A stretch of DNA of 32,000 nt from Candidatus Saccharimonadota bacterium (lineage in GTDB: Bacteria; Patescibacteriota; Gracilibacteria; BD1-5; UBA6164), in assembly GCA_004563595.2 (NCBI GenBank), contig CP042461.1, positions 960,001 to 992,000 of the forward strand. Reading direction: 5' to 3'. This document shows, in pieces, positions 9,921-20,101 of this stretch. The notes under the pieces are model-generated. The model did no database searches. It saw only the letters and a list, made by a program, of their open reading frames with translations, and had not been told where the DNA came from. The position numbers were made by a program, and so were the translations under genes. Position 1 is the first letter of the stretch. The number at the start of each line of letters is the position of its first letter.

Positions 9921-11534
9921 ATGATAAAAATAAATAAATCTGATTCTATTATAGATATAATCATAAAAATAAACCATCTAAAAGATGAAAAAGTGGTTCT
10001 TGATTTTCCATTTTGACATCCAATTCTTCATAACTATACATCTCTGAGGATATTAAAGAATAACTGTAAAAAAAGAGAATTAATCATAATCACTAGTGAT
10101 ATTACAGCAAAAAAGATATGAAAAAAAGTATGAATTACCTATTCACTTGTTCAAAAAAAAGATTTACTAGAGTATAATTATACTTTTTCTGAATACCTGA
10201 AATACCTCACTCAAAACTATCTTAATGATGGAAAAAACTTTATCTTAAACAATAGATATAACAAAGATATTCTTTCATATAGAAAAAAAATAAAAAATAA
10301 AAAATCTAGGATTTGATATTTTTTATTCTGACTCATCATCTCAATACTTCTTCTTATATTTATTTTTTACTTTGCAGTTAATAAAACTTATGTATATATA
10401 ACTCCCGAGATTACCATAAAAACAAGAGCAAAAAACTTAACATTTAAAGAGCTAAAAGAAGGATCTACAGTAATAAATTGAGATATAATAAAACTAAATA
10501 AAATTTCAAAATTAATATATCTTACAAACACTTTTTGAACATCTGGGGTAAATGAAGATGAAATTTCTCGTAGTTCATGAGAGGTTATTTTTACAAATGA
10601 ATTATTTGAAAAAATAAGATTAATTGCTCATACAAGAGTTCAAACACAAGAGTGACTCATATATACTATAGGGAGCTCAATTGATATCCCTCCTGCAATC
10701 AAAAACTCTTCTTGATCTCTTATTCCAGGAACGAAAAAAGCAACGATAACAGCCCAAATTTATGATACTCAGGGGAAGATTATTTGAAAAAGATGAAATA
10801 TAAAAAAAGGAGTGAACCTTGATTTGCCATGATTAAAAGTAAATAGCGATAAGATTTATGCAAAGACCATTCATCAAATAACCTGATGAAATAATAACTT
10901 TGAAAAGATAGTATCTAAAGATGACCTAATAAACGCTAAAAATATACTAGAATCTCAATTAAAAAGCTCAGCTTTAGAGCAACTAAAAAATGAAGTTTCT
11001 CTCAAAAATAAGAATAATAATATTACTTACTCGATACTATGAATCGATAATATTATAACATATGATCAATTAAATATTTCTGGATCCGAGGAAATAAAAC
11101 CTGGAGATAAAATTGATAATTTCAAGCTGAGTGGTACTATTAGAGTTACCAGTTATACCTATAACAACCAACTTGTACTCACAAAGCTTAAAAATACTAT
11201 TAAAGATAACCTTCTTGATGAAATTGAAAAAATACTATTTGTAGATAATAGTTCTCTTAGAATTGCTGATGTATTGAACAGTTCTCAGTTTCCATTCACA
11301 GTAAAAGCAAGCGCTGAAGTTGAAGTATTTTTTATCCATAATTTTCTCAGTGAAACCAATAACTATGTCGATAAATTAAAACATACTATCGCTTGAATGG
11401 ATAAAGATGAAGCCGTTAATATTCTTCTCAATAATTCAAAAATAAGTAATGTTCGTATAGAAACGAGACCATTTTTTATTAAAAAAATATCTAATATTCC
11501 TAATAATATTATTTTCAAAGTAGTTGAAAAATAA
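9921..11534 (+). CDS. Large membrane-anchored hypothetical protein (537 aa): about 135-aa cytoplasmic N-domain, one TM helix, and a beta-rich extracytoplasmic region
   Basis: ATG 9921, TAA 11532-11534. I walked every codon and found no TAA or TAG in frame, and 20+ TGA. The TM segment is IGYFLFGLIISILLLIFIFYFAV, followed by NKTYVYITPEITIKTRAKNLTF... The layout resembles the single-pass surface proteins of CPR genomes that are sometimes annotated baseplate-J-like, but I cannot confirm a family. Confidence 0.6.
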
Positions 11535-11535
11535 A

Positions 11536-11591
11536 GAAGACTTTAAAAACCCATCCCCCTACGGGTACTTCCCTTCTTCGAATGGAAGACT
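11536..11591 (-). repeat. Hairpin repeat copy D (short form, inverted)
   Basis: GAAGACTTTAAAAACCCATCCCCCTACGGGTACTTCCCTTCTTCGAATGGAAGACT. It starts 2 nt after the stop of the 9921..11534 gene. The hairpin loop differs from the other copies (CTTCC-cttcttcgaat-GGAAG). Confidence 0.85.
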
Positions 11592-11598
11592 AGGCAAT

Positions 11599-11631
11599 AA
11601 AAAGCATATATTTAAAAATATATGCTTTTTT
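11599..11631. terminator. Bidirectional intrinsic terminator in the centre of the D/E repeat pair
   Basis: Perfect palindrome AAAAAGCATATATTT-AAA-AATATATGCTTTTT, with an A-run and a T-run on either side. It lies between two convergent genes. Confidence 0.7.
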
Positions 11632-11651
11632 AGTATTTCATTTTCAACCTC

Positions 11652-11713
11652 AGTCTTCCCTTAATTTAAGGGAAGTACCAGAGGTACGAGGGGGATGGGT
11701 TTTTAAAGTCTTC
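11652..11713 (+). repeat. Hairpin repeat copy E (long form)
   Basis: AGTCTTCCCTTAATTTAAGGGAAGTACCAGAGGTACGAGGGGGATGGGTTTTTAAAGTCTTC. It forms an inverted pair with copy D. It ends 12 nt before the deaD stop codon (11726-11728). Confidence 0.85.
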
Positions 11714-11725
11714 CATAGCTTTTTA

Positions 11726-13447
11726 TTATCTACTTCCACCTCTTGAACCTCATTTATATCATCCACCTGAACTTGAACCTCATCTTGATCATCCTTTATA
11801 TCCTCATCTTGATCATCCTTTATATCCTCATCTTGATCATCCACCATCTCTTTGTTTTGCTTCTACAACAAGTGGTTTTCTTGGGTTTTCTCATTTAAAG
11901 AAAGTAAGAATCTTCTCAGCATCAGCTTCTACTACATTGATAAATGAAAATTCTCTCATGATATCAATACTTCAAATATTCCCAAGCTTTGTATCTACTT
12001 CTCTTTCTAAGAATTGTATAAGTGATCCTGGAGTTAAGTTATCTAGTTTTCACTTTGCAACGAATAATCTTCTTTCTCCATTACTTGATACTCTTGAGCT
12101 TGATACTCATGATTCTTCTTTGATCATATTATAATGAGTTTCACAAAATTCATTATTATATGCTTCTTTAAGAATTGCAGCAAGTACATCAGATGCATCT
12201 CATAATTCTAAGAGTTGAGTTGCAAGCTCTTGATATTGTTCTCATGATTTTGCCTCCATGAACTCTTTTGTATTATCTACCAGTCTTTTTTTCTTAAATT
12301 CAATTACATGTTTCACATCTGGCATTTTCCCAATTTCTAATTTTTGTTTAATAAGTCTTTCGATAAATCCAAGCATTCTTGTATCTTTTCTACTTACAAA
12401 ACTTAAAGCTTCTCATTTATTCCCTGCTCTTCATGTTCTTCAAATTCTATGAGTATATGTTTCTGCGTTATCTGGGAGTGAGTAATTTACTACATGAGTA
12501 AGATTATTTACATCAATTCACCTTGCAGCTACATCAGTTGCAACTAAAATTGAAATTGATTTATTTTTAAATCTTCTGAGTGTCTTTTCTCTTCATGCTT
12601 GTTCAATATCACCATGAATACCTTCAACTTTATATCCCCTACTCATTAATTTTGAAGCTGTATCATCTACGTCAGCTTTTGTTCTACAAAAAATGATTCC
12701 ATAAAAATCAAATTCTACTTCGATTACCCTACATAGAGCTTCAAATTTATCTCTTTCATTTACTTTATAAGCAATTTGTTTTATATTTTTATTTGTTTTT
12801 TCTTCTCTTTTAATAGTAACTGTATCATGATCACTAATATATTTATGAACAATATCTTGAATAGATTTTGGCATAGTTGCAGAAAACAGAAGTACTTTCT
12901 TTTGTTTTGGAGTATGTTGAATAATTTCTTCTATTTCTTCTTTGAAACCAATATTTAACATTTCATCCGCTTCATCTAAGATGAAATAATTTATATGATC
13001 TAAGTCTAAAGTTCTTCTTTTAATAAGATGATCTTTCACTCTCCCTGGAGTTCATACTACTATTTGTGGTCCTCTTTTTAGAGCAGATAATTCTGTTCTA
13101 ATATTTTGTCCTCCATAGAGTAATTGTATTTTTACATCTCTATCAGCAAATGATTGAAGTTCCTCTGCTACTTGAATAGCAAGTTCTCTTGTTGGAGCCA
13201 GAATGATTGCTTGGATATTTTTATTATTCGTATCAAGTCTTTCAAGAACAGGGATTCAAAAAGCAGCTGTTTTCCCAGTACCTGTTTGAGCTTGTCCAAT
13301 AATATCTTTATCTCCATTTAAAAGAAGTGGGATAACTCCTGCTTGAACTGGACTTGGGAATTCATATCATTTTTTCTCAATGATTTTTAACATTTTATCT
13401 GATAGCCCTAAGTCACTAAATTTTACTTTATTTTCCATGTTTTCCAT
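11726..13447 (-). CDS. deaD: DEAD-box ATP-dependent RNA helicase (DeaD/CsdA-like) with a DbpA-type RNA-binding domain and a C-terminal RGG/GYK glycine-rich tail
   Basis: ATG 13447-13445 (alternative ATG at 13438), TAA 11728-11726, 573 aa. Motifs: [52 protein letters not shown]. The DbpA-like domain reads [46 protein letters not shown]. The tail reads RDGGGSRGGYKGGSRGGYKGGSRGGSSSGGGYKGGSRGGSR. Confidence 0.9.
11778..11842 (-). repeat. 24-nt tandem repeat (about 2.7 copies) encoding the GGSRGGYK units of the deaD tail
   Basis: The plus-strand unit CCTCATCTTGATCATCCTTTATAT occurs at 11778-11801, 11802-11825 and 11826-11842 (partial). On the minus strand the sense reading is GGA TGA TCA AGA TGA GGA TAT AAA. 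Confidence 0.85.
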
Positions 13448-13481
13448 TTTTTATATGTGGATTAATTATAAATGAATAAAA

Positions 13482-13513
13482 AAGAAGAACAAAGCAAGTA
13501 AGTTCTTCTTTTT
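13482..13513. promoter_or_regulatory. Stable hairpin in the putative deaD 5' leader
   Basis: AAGAAGAAC (13482-13490) pairs with GTTCTTCTT (13502-13510) across an 11-nt loop, flanked by A- and T-runs. It lies 35-65 nt upstream of the deaD start, inside a 320-bp gene-free interval. Confidence 0.4.
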
Positions 13514-13766
13514 ATGAAGAGAACTTCCAAAATATTATACAATTTATAGTAATATGTCTCGCTTAGTGTTCACTAAACTCAAGAATTATTATACGCTTGT
13601 ATGAGTTTTTGGAACTTCTTATTTTTTATCACCGGGATTATATAAACTTTATCAAAAATAGCAAATCTTTTTTGGATTATTTTTGATTTATAAGTAAAAA
13701 TAGTATTTTTGATTGACAAAAAAAAAATTATATTTATCTTTTATCTAATTCAATAACTAAAAAAAC

Positions 13767-14180
13767 ATGGCAGCAAATACAAATTTCGCTTTATCAATAG
13801 TTTCGATGACTGTCTTATCAAAATTGGAATGAAATGTGAGCTCAGACTTGATTGCAAAAGGAATAGGTACCAATCCTGTAATTGTAAGAAAAATTATATC
13901 TAAACTCGTAAAAGCATGACTCGTAAAGTCATATTCATGAAAAAATTGAGGTTTTAGACTTAATAAACCTGCTCAAGATATTAATTTATTAGATATATTA
14001 AATGCCTTAGAAGAAAAAAAATTCTTTTCAGGCTGCGATAAACAAGTTCAAACATCTTGTCCTATAATGCTTGGAATGAGAACAATTATACCTGAACTGT
14101 TTGAAAATATCAAACAAACAGTAGACAAAGAATTAAAAGATACAACTCTTGCCGATATATCAAAAAAAGTTTCTGATTAG
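13767..14180 (+). CDS. Rrf2-family transcriptional regulator (137 aa)
   Basis: ATG 13767, TAG 14178-14180. ...VSSDLIAKGIGTNPVIVRKIISKLVKAGLVKSYSGKNGGFRLNKPAQDINLLDILNALE is the Rrf2 winged-HTH block (S...LA......P..V.KI...L...GL.....G..GG..L......I...D). A possible promoter is TTGACA 13713-13718 and TATCTT 13736-13741. Confidence 0.8.
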
Positions 14181-14196
14181 TACGAAATAAAAAAAG

Positions 14197-14231
14197 ACAG
14201 TATACATCATAAGTTATACTGTTTTTTTTTC
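14197..14231 (+). terminator. Intrinsic terminator after the Rrf2 gene
   Basis: ACAGTATA (14197-14204) pairs with TATACTGT (14215-14222), followed by T9. Confidence 0.7.
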
Positions 14232-14363
14232 TTGTAATATTTATTATGATCCAACAAAAATTTAAGAGTTTAAAGTAGTACTTTCCTGACGAAAGACTAT
14301 CAAAAAAATTGATGTAATTAGGAATCTCTACAAAAAAGATTTGACTTTACATTAACTGTAACT

Positions 14364-14404
14364 ATATTCATTACTGTAATATTAATTATTACAGTAATGA
14401 ATAT
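14364..14404. promoter_or_regulatory. 41-bp palindromic operator between a promoter-like element and the GST start
   Basis: ATATTCATTACTGTAAT-attaatt-ATTACAGTAATGAATAT has perfect 17-bp arms. A TTGACT box lies at 14341-14346, and a related half-site ATTAACTGTAAC at 14351-14362. It ends 29 nt before the GST ATG. Confidence 0.6.
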
Positions 14405-14432
14405 TATATTATACCTTTATAATTTATAAAAA

Positions 14433-15047
14433 ATGATAAAAATATACTGAATGCAATCCCCATATGTTTATAAGGTGAGAGCTGCATTGGAACAAAAATG
14501 ATTAACATATGAACATGTAAGTGTCAATTTAATGGAAAAAAGTAAGAAATTCTTAGATGTTGCGCCTATAGGGAAAATACCAGTAATGGAAGACTCTGAT
14601 GGGACTATAATATGGGATAGTTTAAATATTATTGATTACTTAGATCATAAATATCCTGATACTTACAAAATGATTTCATCGTATCCTATAAACAGAGCAA
14701 AAGAGCTTAACGTAGTTGCGTTTACAGATAACATGTATCCAGATGGAGTAAAATTATTTTTGGATATGCGTTGAGTTAAAAAGATAAGTGATAAAGAGAA
14801 AGCTCAAGCTCATAAAAATCTCAGCACTAAAATGAACACCCTCAAAGATATACTTTGAAATAATCCATTTTATACTGATAGATTCACAATCGCTGATGCT
14901 TCTGTATTAACTCTTACTGTAATGTTGAACAGACTTAATGTTGAGTATAATCAAGAAATTAAATCTTGGTCAGAAAATTTATTACAAGATGAGAAAATTG
15001 GAAAAATGATTACCTCAAAATGAGAAAAATCAATAGAAGAAATATAA
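14433..15047 (+). CDS. Glutathione S-transferase family protein (204 aa)
   Basis: ATG 14433, TAA 15045-15047. MIKIYGMQSPYVYKVRAALEQKGLTYEHVSVNL...FLDVAPIGKIPVMEDSDGTIIWDSLNIIDYLDHKYP is the thioredoxin-like GST N-domain (GK.PVL.D.....I.DS..I..YL....P). A helical C-domain follows (FTIADASVLT). Confidence 0.75.
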
Positions 15048-15073
15048 AAGCATATAAATTTTATAATTAGAGC

Positions 15074-15115
15074 CTACAAAAAAGACACATAAATTTTAAT
15101 GTGTCTTTTTTGTAG
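15074..15115. terminator. Strong hairpin terminator after the GST gene
   Basis: CTACAAAAAAGACACAT (15074-15090) pairs with ATGTGTCTTTTTTGTAG (15099-15115); perfect 17-bp arms. Confidence 0.75.
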
Positions 15116-15187
15116 AGTGCTTAGATTTTTGCTATTTTAGTACTTATTATGATACAATAATACCAATAAATTAAAAAACAAACACAC

Positions 15188-17011
15188 ATGGCAAAAACTG
15201 ATACTTCTGAAAATAAATACCTAAAATTTTTCCCTTTTTTACAATGGATAGGCAAATTGAAAAATCCTAAAACATTAAAAAAGGATATTGTTGCATGAAT
15301 GACGGTTGCCCTTGTCTTAATTCCTCAATCTATGGCATATGCAGGACTAGCATGACTCCCTCTTGAGGTTTGATTATATACTGCATTTATCCCCATTATG
15401 ATAGCTGCTCTCTTTGGTTCTTCGCCTCAAATGTCAACATGACCCGTGACAATTATTTCACTTATGACAGCAACAGCTCTTGCTCCAATTGCAGCCAGTT
15501 GAACAGAGTGATATATAGCATATGCTTCCCTCCTTGCATTTTTCATATGAGTTTTTTATTTACTGCTTTGAACTCTCAAGCTCTGAGTTATTGTAGATTT
15601 TTTATCTCATCCTGTAATAATTTGATTTACAAATGCCGTAGCGGTTATAACTATAACATCTCAGCTTTCAAAAATAATCTGAGCCTCTGTAGAAAAATGA
15701 TCAAATTACCTTGCATCTCTTTCAAATATCTTTGATGCTGCAATAAATAATACTCATCTGGTTACATTCATGTTTGGTGTGTTTTCTATATTTTTACTCT
15801 TATTCCTAGCCAGGTTTGCATCTAAATTACCGAGAGTATTAATATTACTCATTGTATCAATTAGTATTTCGTACTTCATATGATATAATGAAAATTTTTG
15901 AGGGAAAATCATAATGGATATTCCAAACGACCTCCCTTCTTTTTCACTCCCCATCTTTAATGAACATACAAACCTTTTATCATTTTCTCAAATTTTGAAT
16001 TTAGCAATTTTTTGAATTATTATCTGACTTATTGGATTTACAGAATCAATATCAGTAGCAAAAATGGTCTGATACCAAACAAAGCAAAGAGTATCAGCTA
16101 ATCGTGAACTGATATGACAATGACTGGCAAATCTTTCATCAAGTATTTTTGGTGGTTACTGAGTAGCAGGATCATTTTCCAAAACAGCAGTAAATCTGAG
16201 AAGTGGAGCAAAAACATGATTTTCATCTGTTATAAGTTGAATTTTTGTATGAATTACTCTCCTTTATTTAACTCCATTTTTATATCACCTCCCAGTTGCT
16301 ACCCTTGCAGCTATTATTATCGTTGCGGTTTTTAACCTTATAAAAATAGAACCTATTATAAAGGCTTGGAAAGTAGAAAAACATGATGCTATTGTAGCTA
16401 TTGTAACTTTTTTCCTTACCGTTGCATTTACACCAAACCTAGAAAAATGAATTGTAGTGTGAGTTGCATTATCTCTTGCACTTTACATATACAGAACCAT
16501 GAGACCAAGAATAAGTGAAGTTTCAATGTATAAAGATGGGGTTCTCAGAGATATTGAATTATTTGGACTCAAAACAAGTAAATATATCAGCGTTCTCAGA
16601 CTTGATTGAGATCTTTATTTTGCGAATGCGAGTTATTTTGAATCAGAGATTCTTGAAATAATTACAGAAAAAGAAAAACTTAAATTTCTTATTCTTGATT
16701 TAGAATGGATGAATAATATTGATTCTTCATGACAGGAAGTACTAGAAAACCTTCTTGATAGGCTTGAAAAAATGGATATAAAAGTATTTCTCACAAGCGT
16801 GAGAGTAAATATAACTGAAAAATTCACAAGGATATGATTCTTCAAAAAATTCTCTGAAAAAAATATATTTGCAAAAGTAGATGATGTTTTAGATTATATA
16901 CAAAAAAAACATTGAAAAAAAATCAAAACGGAACCTCTCCAAGAATATTCTCCGGATAAAAAGAAAGACCCTGATTTAGATAAAAAGATATTAAAAAAAT
17001 TTGATAAATAA
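15188..17011 (+). CDS. SulP-family inorganic anion (sulfate/bicarbonate) transporter with C-terminal STAS domain (607 aa)
   Basis: ATG 15188, TAA 17009-17011. ...KKDIVAGMTVALVLIPQSMAYAGLAGLPLEVGLYTAFIPIMIAALFGSSPQMSTGPVTIISLM...SHPVIIGFTNAVAVITITSQL...NRELIGQGLANLSSSIFGGYGVAGSFSKTAVNLRSGAKTG... has the typical SulP blocks. The STAS part reads VLRLDGDLYFANASYFE...LILDLEWMNNIDSSG. The track ORFs in this interval are out-of-frame fragments. Confidence 0.9.
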
Positions 17012-17016
17012 ATCTC

Positions 17017-17892
17017 CTATAAACCTAAAATTATAGAATATCATATTTCATATAACTTGTCGACATTTGTTGGCGCAACTTCTAATATATCATTTATGGC
17101 AGACACATTTTGGAATAAACTTCCAGAGTATGTATTTTGTATATTTATCATAAAAGATTGAATTGCTCCAGTACTCGTGGATAACTCAGATCATGAATAT
17201 AATATGATACTTGATGCTGGGGAATAATTAAATCCTCATAAAATTTTTAATTTTGTTCATTTATATGTTTCTGGAATATTATAATATCAGTTATAAACAA
17301 GTGTTTTATTATTTATAATATTTACCAGATCTTTTTCTGATGTATCTGCATTTATAATGGATGGTATTGCTAACAAGTACGTTACTCATGAAGCGACTAC
17401 TTTTGCAGCTATTCCGTTATAATTTCCTCATACATATGCTGTTGCCAACTGTTGTCATTCAGCGTATACAGATGTTCATAATTGTCATGATATATTATCC
17501 CTTTCATGTGCCGTAGCTACTTGATACTCATTTTTTGTATTCAACCTAGAATAAACGTATTCTAGCTCAGTTAATGGATCAACTGGTATTTCATTAAACT
17601 CCGATAACTGGGATATAATTGAATCTCATAGAGTTCATTGTTGCCATACTTCTGATCAGCTATAAGTAATAGCTATAGGATTTGATGGTTGTGGGTATTT
17701 GGCTTCAGTAGTCATATATACATCTAGTGAAGTCTCAATATTCTTTATATTTGATACTCTGGCTGCATCCCTTACTCATTTTAAGTATGATTGAAATGAA
17801 ACAAATGAAATTAAGCTTAAAATAACTAAAATAATCATAACTATAATTAATTCTACAAATGTGAATCATGAATGTTTTTGATTATATTTCAT
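17017..17892 (-). CDS. Type IV pilin-like protein (prepilin-type N-terminal cleavage/methylation domain), 291 aa
   Basis: ATG 17892-17890, TAG 17019-17017. MKYNQKHSG|FTFVELIIVMIILVILSLISFVSFQSY is the class III signal peptide (G|FT.VEL...). The invariant Gly at -1 is a TGA codon. A large variable C-terminal domain follows. Confidence 0.75.
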
Positions 17893-18005
17893 ATAGGCAA
17901 AGTTAAAATTTATTTTTATATATTATGACTGTAAAACTACTTTTTTCAAAAAAAATTAGTTTTAAAATAGTTAAAGTAACGTTTTATGGTGTAATATGGA
18001 GCTTA

Positions 18006-19250
18006 TTAATTCTTCCCATAATGTCTCTTTTTCTTTGATCTTGGTGCATTTTTTGCGTTAATTTTTTTTGTTTTTTCTGTTTGACCTTTTGGAACTATTT
18101 CATTTTTATATGAATCGTCATTTGTTACATCTATTTTTTGTCAGATGAGTCACTCTATAGATTTTATTTTATCCTCATCAAATGATGTACAAAAAGAAAT
18201 AGCAAGTCATTTTTTTCAGGCTCTTCCTGTTCTTCAAATACGGTGAACATATGTTTCAGGTTCTCCTGGTATATCGTAATTGATCACACAAGATAGATTA
18301 CATACATCCAGTCATCTTGATGCTATATCAGTAGCAACAAGTACTTTTATTTCTCAATCTTTTAATGCGTTGAGAGCTTTTTGTCTCTGATTTTGTGTTT
18401 TATTTTTATTTATGTAATCTGATCTGATTCCAGCTGACTTTACAAACTCAAAAACTCTTTCACTTTCATCTTTTGTGTTTACAAAAACAATGATAGAATC
18501 TAAATCTGATCTCTTAATTGTTTGTTGAAGGAGTTGTCTTTTATAGTTTCTTGTTACCAAATGTACTTTTTGTTTAATCGTATCTGTTGTGGAAGATACA
18601 GTATGCACTGTTACATTTTCTGGACAATGAAGCATTTCAGATGCGAGTTCTTTTATTTGCTTTGGCATGGTTGCCGAGAAAAACAATGTTTGTTTTTGCT
18701 TTGGGATTCTTTTAAGAATTTTCTTAATATCTCACAAAGCTCCCATCTCAAGCATTCTATCTGCTTCATCAAGAGTCAGTATTTCTACATATGATAACTT
18801 TATAATTCCTTGACTAATTAGGTCTTCTAACCTCCCAGGCGTTGCAATAAGTATATCAACTCATTTTTCAATAGCTTTTACTTGGTGAAACTGGTTTACT
18901 CCTCAATAAATAACAGTATGTTTCATATTAACATTCGTAGAATATGGTGCAAATGCTTCTCAGATTTGAATCGCAAGCTCTCTAGTTGGTGCAAGAATAA
19001 GTGCTTGGATTTTCCTTTTAATTTTCCCTTCCACGAGTCACTTTTCTAATCTTTTATTATAAAGATTCTGTAAAATAGGCAAAGCAAATCAAAGTGTTTT
19101 CCCACTTCCTGTTTGAGCGCATCATAAAATATCTTTTCACTTAATAGCAAAAGGAATAACCCCTTCTTGTATTTCAGTGGGAGTATCAAAGCCCTCTCTT
19201 ACAATTGCTTTTAATAACGGTGGGATAACTTTTAATTCTTCGAAATTCAT
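18006..19250 (-). CDS. rhlE: DEAD-box ATP-dependent RNA helicase (RhlE-like), 414 aa, with a basic C-terminal tail
   Basis: ATG 19250-19248, TAA 18008-18006. Motifs: [53 protein letters not shown]. The tail reads [20 protein letters not shown]. Confidence 0.9.
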
Positions 19251-19421
19251 TGCCTATAGTGTTATTTATTATGATAGTGGGATTATATGATTTTTGTATG
19301 GAAATGCTAATTAATAGTCTGAATAATATATTATTTCGTCAATTTTATAAAAAAATTGACTTTTAATTTAATTGATTTATGATAAGTTGCTATAATATTA
19401 TTTTGTTATTAATATATTCTC

Positions 19422-20021
19422 ATGAAAAACACTATAAAAGCGGCTATTTTATCAGCAGGAGTTAGTCTAAGTAATTCTTGAGTATATGCAGAACCAGTAC
19501 AAAACATATCTTCAAATACTATAAATTCTGTTAACAATATATGTCTCGACGATGAAAAAATCGCAAATAAACACGAAACATTATATTTTACGCAATCTTA
19601 CCAAAGAATCATAGAGGCTGTTAAAAATACAGAGAATAAAGATATACGTGTAACGGAAACTTATTCTGAATTACCTACTCCTATTGGATGATGAACTTAC
19701 CAATTTGTAATTATCCCATTAAAATCTCCGATAAAGGCTGGAGGGAAAGAATACACAAGTATTGAACTCTATTACTGATGATCTATCTGAGTTACGTTCC
19801 GTTCAGAATTTGCTAACAATGGAAGTTTTCCTGTAATAAAATTTCTACATAATAATAGTCTTTCATATCAAACTCAACTCTGTTTAAGACAACGTTATTA
19901 TGATGATGTAAGAGGAGTTGACTTAAAAACAAATATGTCTTCTTGAGAAAAACAAGATTTTAACCAAAATGACTTTTCTTTACTCATAGAAACCGCATTA
20001 AAAGAATTATCTAAAAAATAA
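19422..20021 (+). CDS. Secreted hypothetical protein (199 aa)
   Basis: ATG 19422, TAA 20019-20021; open with 8 TGA read as Gly. The N-terminus MKNTIKAAILSAGVSLSNSGVYA looks like a signal peptide. No family recognised. TATAAT lies at about 19391 upstream. Confidence 0.5.
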
Positions 20022-20101
20022 TATATTATCCCCCGAAAGTAAAAATCGAAGCATTGTTCAGATACCTAATTATTAAAAATAAGTCTTATTTTTAATAATT
20101 A

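Noticed and set aside
7803-11713. The five hairpin repeats as a CRISPR array or as leader or tracr elements.
   Set aside because: The copies are in mixed orientation, irregularly spaced (23 bp to 3 kb apart) and separated by genes rather than short unique spacers. No cas genes are present.
7803-11713. The repeats as nothing more than ordinary intrinsic terminators.
   Set aside because: This is not fully excluded, since the + form ends in GGGTTTTTA. But genes meet them in either orientation, copy A lies upstream of a gene start, the D/E pair already encloses a much better canonical terminator, and the long/short pairing is consistent. An element-like origin fits better.
11650-11847. Track ORF encoding an acidic tandem-repeat peptide ([23 protein letters not shown]...) that runs into repeat copy E.
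   Set aside because: It is the wrong frame of the deaD 3' end. In the helicase frame the same DNA encodes the RGG/GYK tail contiguous with the DbpA domain and stops at a TAA (11726-11728). The ORF's tail is just a translation of the intergenic repeat.
15370-16845. Track ORFs 15370..15735, 15754..15954, 16114..16335 and 16633..16845.
   Set aside because: They are out of frame or antisense to the continuous 607-aa SulP/STAS reading frame.
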